Below are positions 61,001 to 64,000 of a DNA stretch of 64,000 nt, one piece after another; position 1 is the first letter of the stretch; each line of letters begins with the position of its first letter. A program made the translations under genes and the position numbers. The DNA comes from Chlorokybus atmophyticus (taxonomy: Eukaryota; Plantae; Mesostigma and Chlorokybus algae): assembly GCA_009103225.1 (NCBI GenBank), contig RHPI01002402.1, forward strand, positions 186,001 to 250,000. Direction: 5' to 3'. The notes below the pieces were generated by a model. The model had not been told where the DNA came from and searched no databases. It saw nothing but the letters and a program-made list of their open reading frames with translations.

Positions 61001-62997
61001 ACGCCGTCGTTGCTCAAGAGGGTGAAGGCCATCACGGTCTCCACCTGGTGTGTGGGTGTGTGTGGGTGTGGGTGGGGGGGGTGGGGGGGGCATGTGCATG
61101 TGGGTGCGCACGTGTGCTCAAGCGCTCTTGCACGTTAGTCACGTGCATATGAGTGTGCGTACGCACATGTACGAGTGTTGTTGCGTGTTGTACCTGCATC
61201 AGTTGCGTCGGCTCGAACGGATTCTTCCTGAAGTACCCCAGTTCCTTCGCCAAGTCCGGTCTCGCGTCTTTCTCGACGTGGGGCGCGAACTCCCGCGCGA
61301 AGTCGTCGTCGGCGGGGAACTCGAGAGGGCCGAAGAGGGTCTCTTGCAGGACGGTGCGGACCATGAGGGACTTCTCGGGGGTGGTAACGATGTTGACCTA
61401 GGGGGAGAGGGGGGAGGGGAGGTGTGTGTGTGGAAACAGGATTGGACTTGGACTGAGCGCGCGTGTGTGCGTGCGTGTGTGTGCCCGTGCGAGCACACAT
61501 ACGCACGCACACGCGCGCGCGTATGTGTGTGGGTAGGTTCGTGCATGTGTGTTGAGAAAAGTGTGTGCGTGCGCGTGTGCGCAATGGGACGTGTGTGCGT
61601 GCATGTGCGCCACGCGCGCAAGAACATGCATGGGCATGCACACGTACACGTGAGCATGCATGCGGATGCGTACTTTGTTTGACTTATGTGCATGGCTTGG
61701 TCAACACGCTGTCACTGTACACCCATCTCACCTTCTGCCTTTTTACGAAGAAGTTGTAGTACGCCGGGAACTCAAACTCCGCGACGTTGATGCCGATGGC
61801 GCGTATGAAAGACTGTTTAGGTATGACGTAGAAGGCGGGAGGGGGCAGGCCCAGCAGCATGCTGTCCTTGATCGTCTCGGGAGGGACGCCGAACTGGACG
61901 GCGCCCGCGGACGTGCGGACGTAGGTGCCGCCGCGGGGCAAGGCGACCACTCGGGCGGTCTGATCAAGCAAAGTGTGTGGTGGTGTGTGTGTGTGGGTGG
62001 GTGGGGGTGGGGGCGTGTGCGTGCGCGTACATGTATGCTTTGGCGTGCTCGCATGCTTGCGTGCGCATGAACATAAGCATGCGAGCAACTTGCGTATGTG
62101 CACAAGCGCGATTGTGCAGCGTGTGCGTGTGCGTATGCGTGTGCGTGTGCATGCGTCCGCGCACACATGCGCGACTGTTATGCATACACTACCCAACCAC
62201 TCCTACCTGTGCAGTATCCTGCAGCTCCGCAATCCTCTGCAGCAGCAGCTCATTCCTAATCGCTTGCGGCGGCAAAAATTGCGCTGTCGCCACATTCACC
62301 CCCCCACTCCCACTCCCACTCCCACCCACCTTCCCCCCCCTCTCACTCCCTCTCTCACTCTCACTCCCCCCCGTAATCTCAACCCTCACCCTCTTCTCCT
62401 TATTCGTCCCCTCGCTCGTCCTCGGCGCCCTCAGACTCATCCTTGTCGTGGACTCGTGGATAGTTGTTGTGCCGGTGGAGCCGCGGCGGGGGGAGGAGCG
62501 GGGAGGAGAGAGGCGAGAAGGGGAGGAGGCGCGGGTGTGGTGGGGGTGGGGGTGGTGCTTGAAGTGGGGGTGGTCGAAGTGAGAAGGGGAGAGAGAACTG
62601 GAACGGGTGCGGGTGGGAGAGAGGGAGAGGAGGTCGTCGGCGCTGGGGAGACGTTGCACTGCGGTGTGGGGAGAAGGATTGGTCGTGGTTGTTCGCATAC
62701 ACGCGCAGACGCACATACGCACGTATGCACATACAACACATACACACGCGCGCGCGCGCATGCCCGCGCGTGTGTATGTGTTCGTGCATATGCGCACGGC
62801 AACGCGCACATGTACAGACACACACTTACTGTCCAGGTTCTTCAGCAGCGTGGCTGTCTTGCGTGTCCGCAGGAGGTGTCCATCGATGCTGATGTCCGAC
62901 TTCCGTCTGGTCGACGCCGACGACGGTGTCCGCAACGCTGAGGCCGGCGTCGTCGGCTCGCTGGTGATCCCATCCTCGCGCTTGCTCAACGAACACT
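58091..62997 (-). CDS. Metallo-beta-lactamase-fold cyclic-nucleotide phosphodiesterase with two cNMP-binding domains (PdeD/PdeE-like); 5'-truncated by the window
   Basis: VQFGVPPETIKD, FEFPAYYNFF, LQETLFGP, SSHGFDP..TTNGFVIWLNGRGVMVDPP, THCHADHDAG (HxHxDH, about 60463-60446), SLHAIPC, FSGDT, LILHE, LYCVHV; CNB1 IVREGTPGDKFYII..GDYFGELAI..PRMA; CNB2 LWRKGEKAST..GAFVCD; stop at 58091. An acceptor CAG at 62998-63000 implies further exons upstream. Confidence 0.85.
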
Positions 62998-63049
62998 GTG
63001 AGATCACATACAACAAAGGGATCAACCAGCAGCAATAGTACATCAACAC

Positions 63050-64000
<951 letters not shown>

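Noticed and set aside
58560-62940. Numerous 100-320 aa Cys/Val/Arg/His-rich ORFs on both strands
   Set aside because: Artefacts of stop-free (GT/CA/GC)n intronic repeats and antisense frames of GC-rich exons.

Overview
Eukaryotic, intron-rich nuclear DNA, most likely from a green alga (chlorophyte or early streptophyte; inferred from plastid-type transit peptides, telo-boxes and the transposon families present). All calls come from manual translation and motif recognition; no database searches were run. 0-8.3 kb: old repeats, hairpin clusters and a decayed Penelope-like retroelement. 9.4-15 kb: divergent ArfGAP and ARG1-like DnaJ genes. 18.5-30.8 kb: a nested, decayed retrotransposon block. 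It contains a Copia element, a Gypsy element carrying a cytosine-5 DNA methyltransferase domain between protease and RT plus a C-terminal PHD finger, and a DIRS-type element with an inverted tyrosine recombinase inserted into the Gypsy. 32.7-57.4 kb: housekeeping genes (Lunapark, CENP-C, site-1 protease SBT6.1, HisC, a small SR-like RRM protein, aspartate-semialdehyde dehydrogenase, purple acid phosphatase). 58-63 kb: a compositionally distinct gene for a metallo-beta-lactamase-fold plus two cNMP-binding domain phosphodiesterase (Dictyostelium PdeD/PdeE-like), 5'-truncated by the window, followed by a 948-bp (TC)n run. The strongest candidate for an unusual system is the Gypsy element combining a methylation writer (C5-MTase) with a chromatin reader (PHD).
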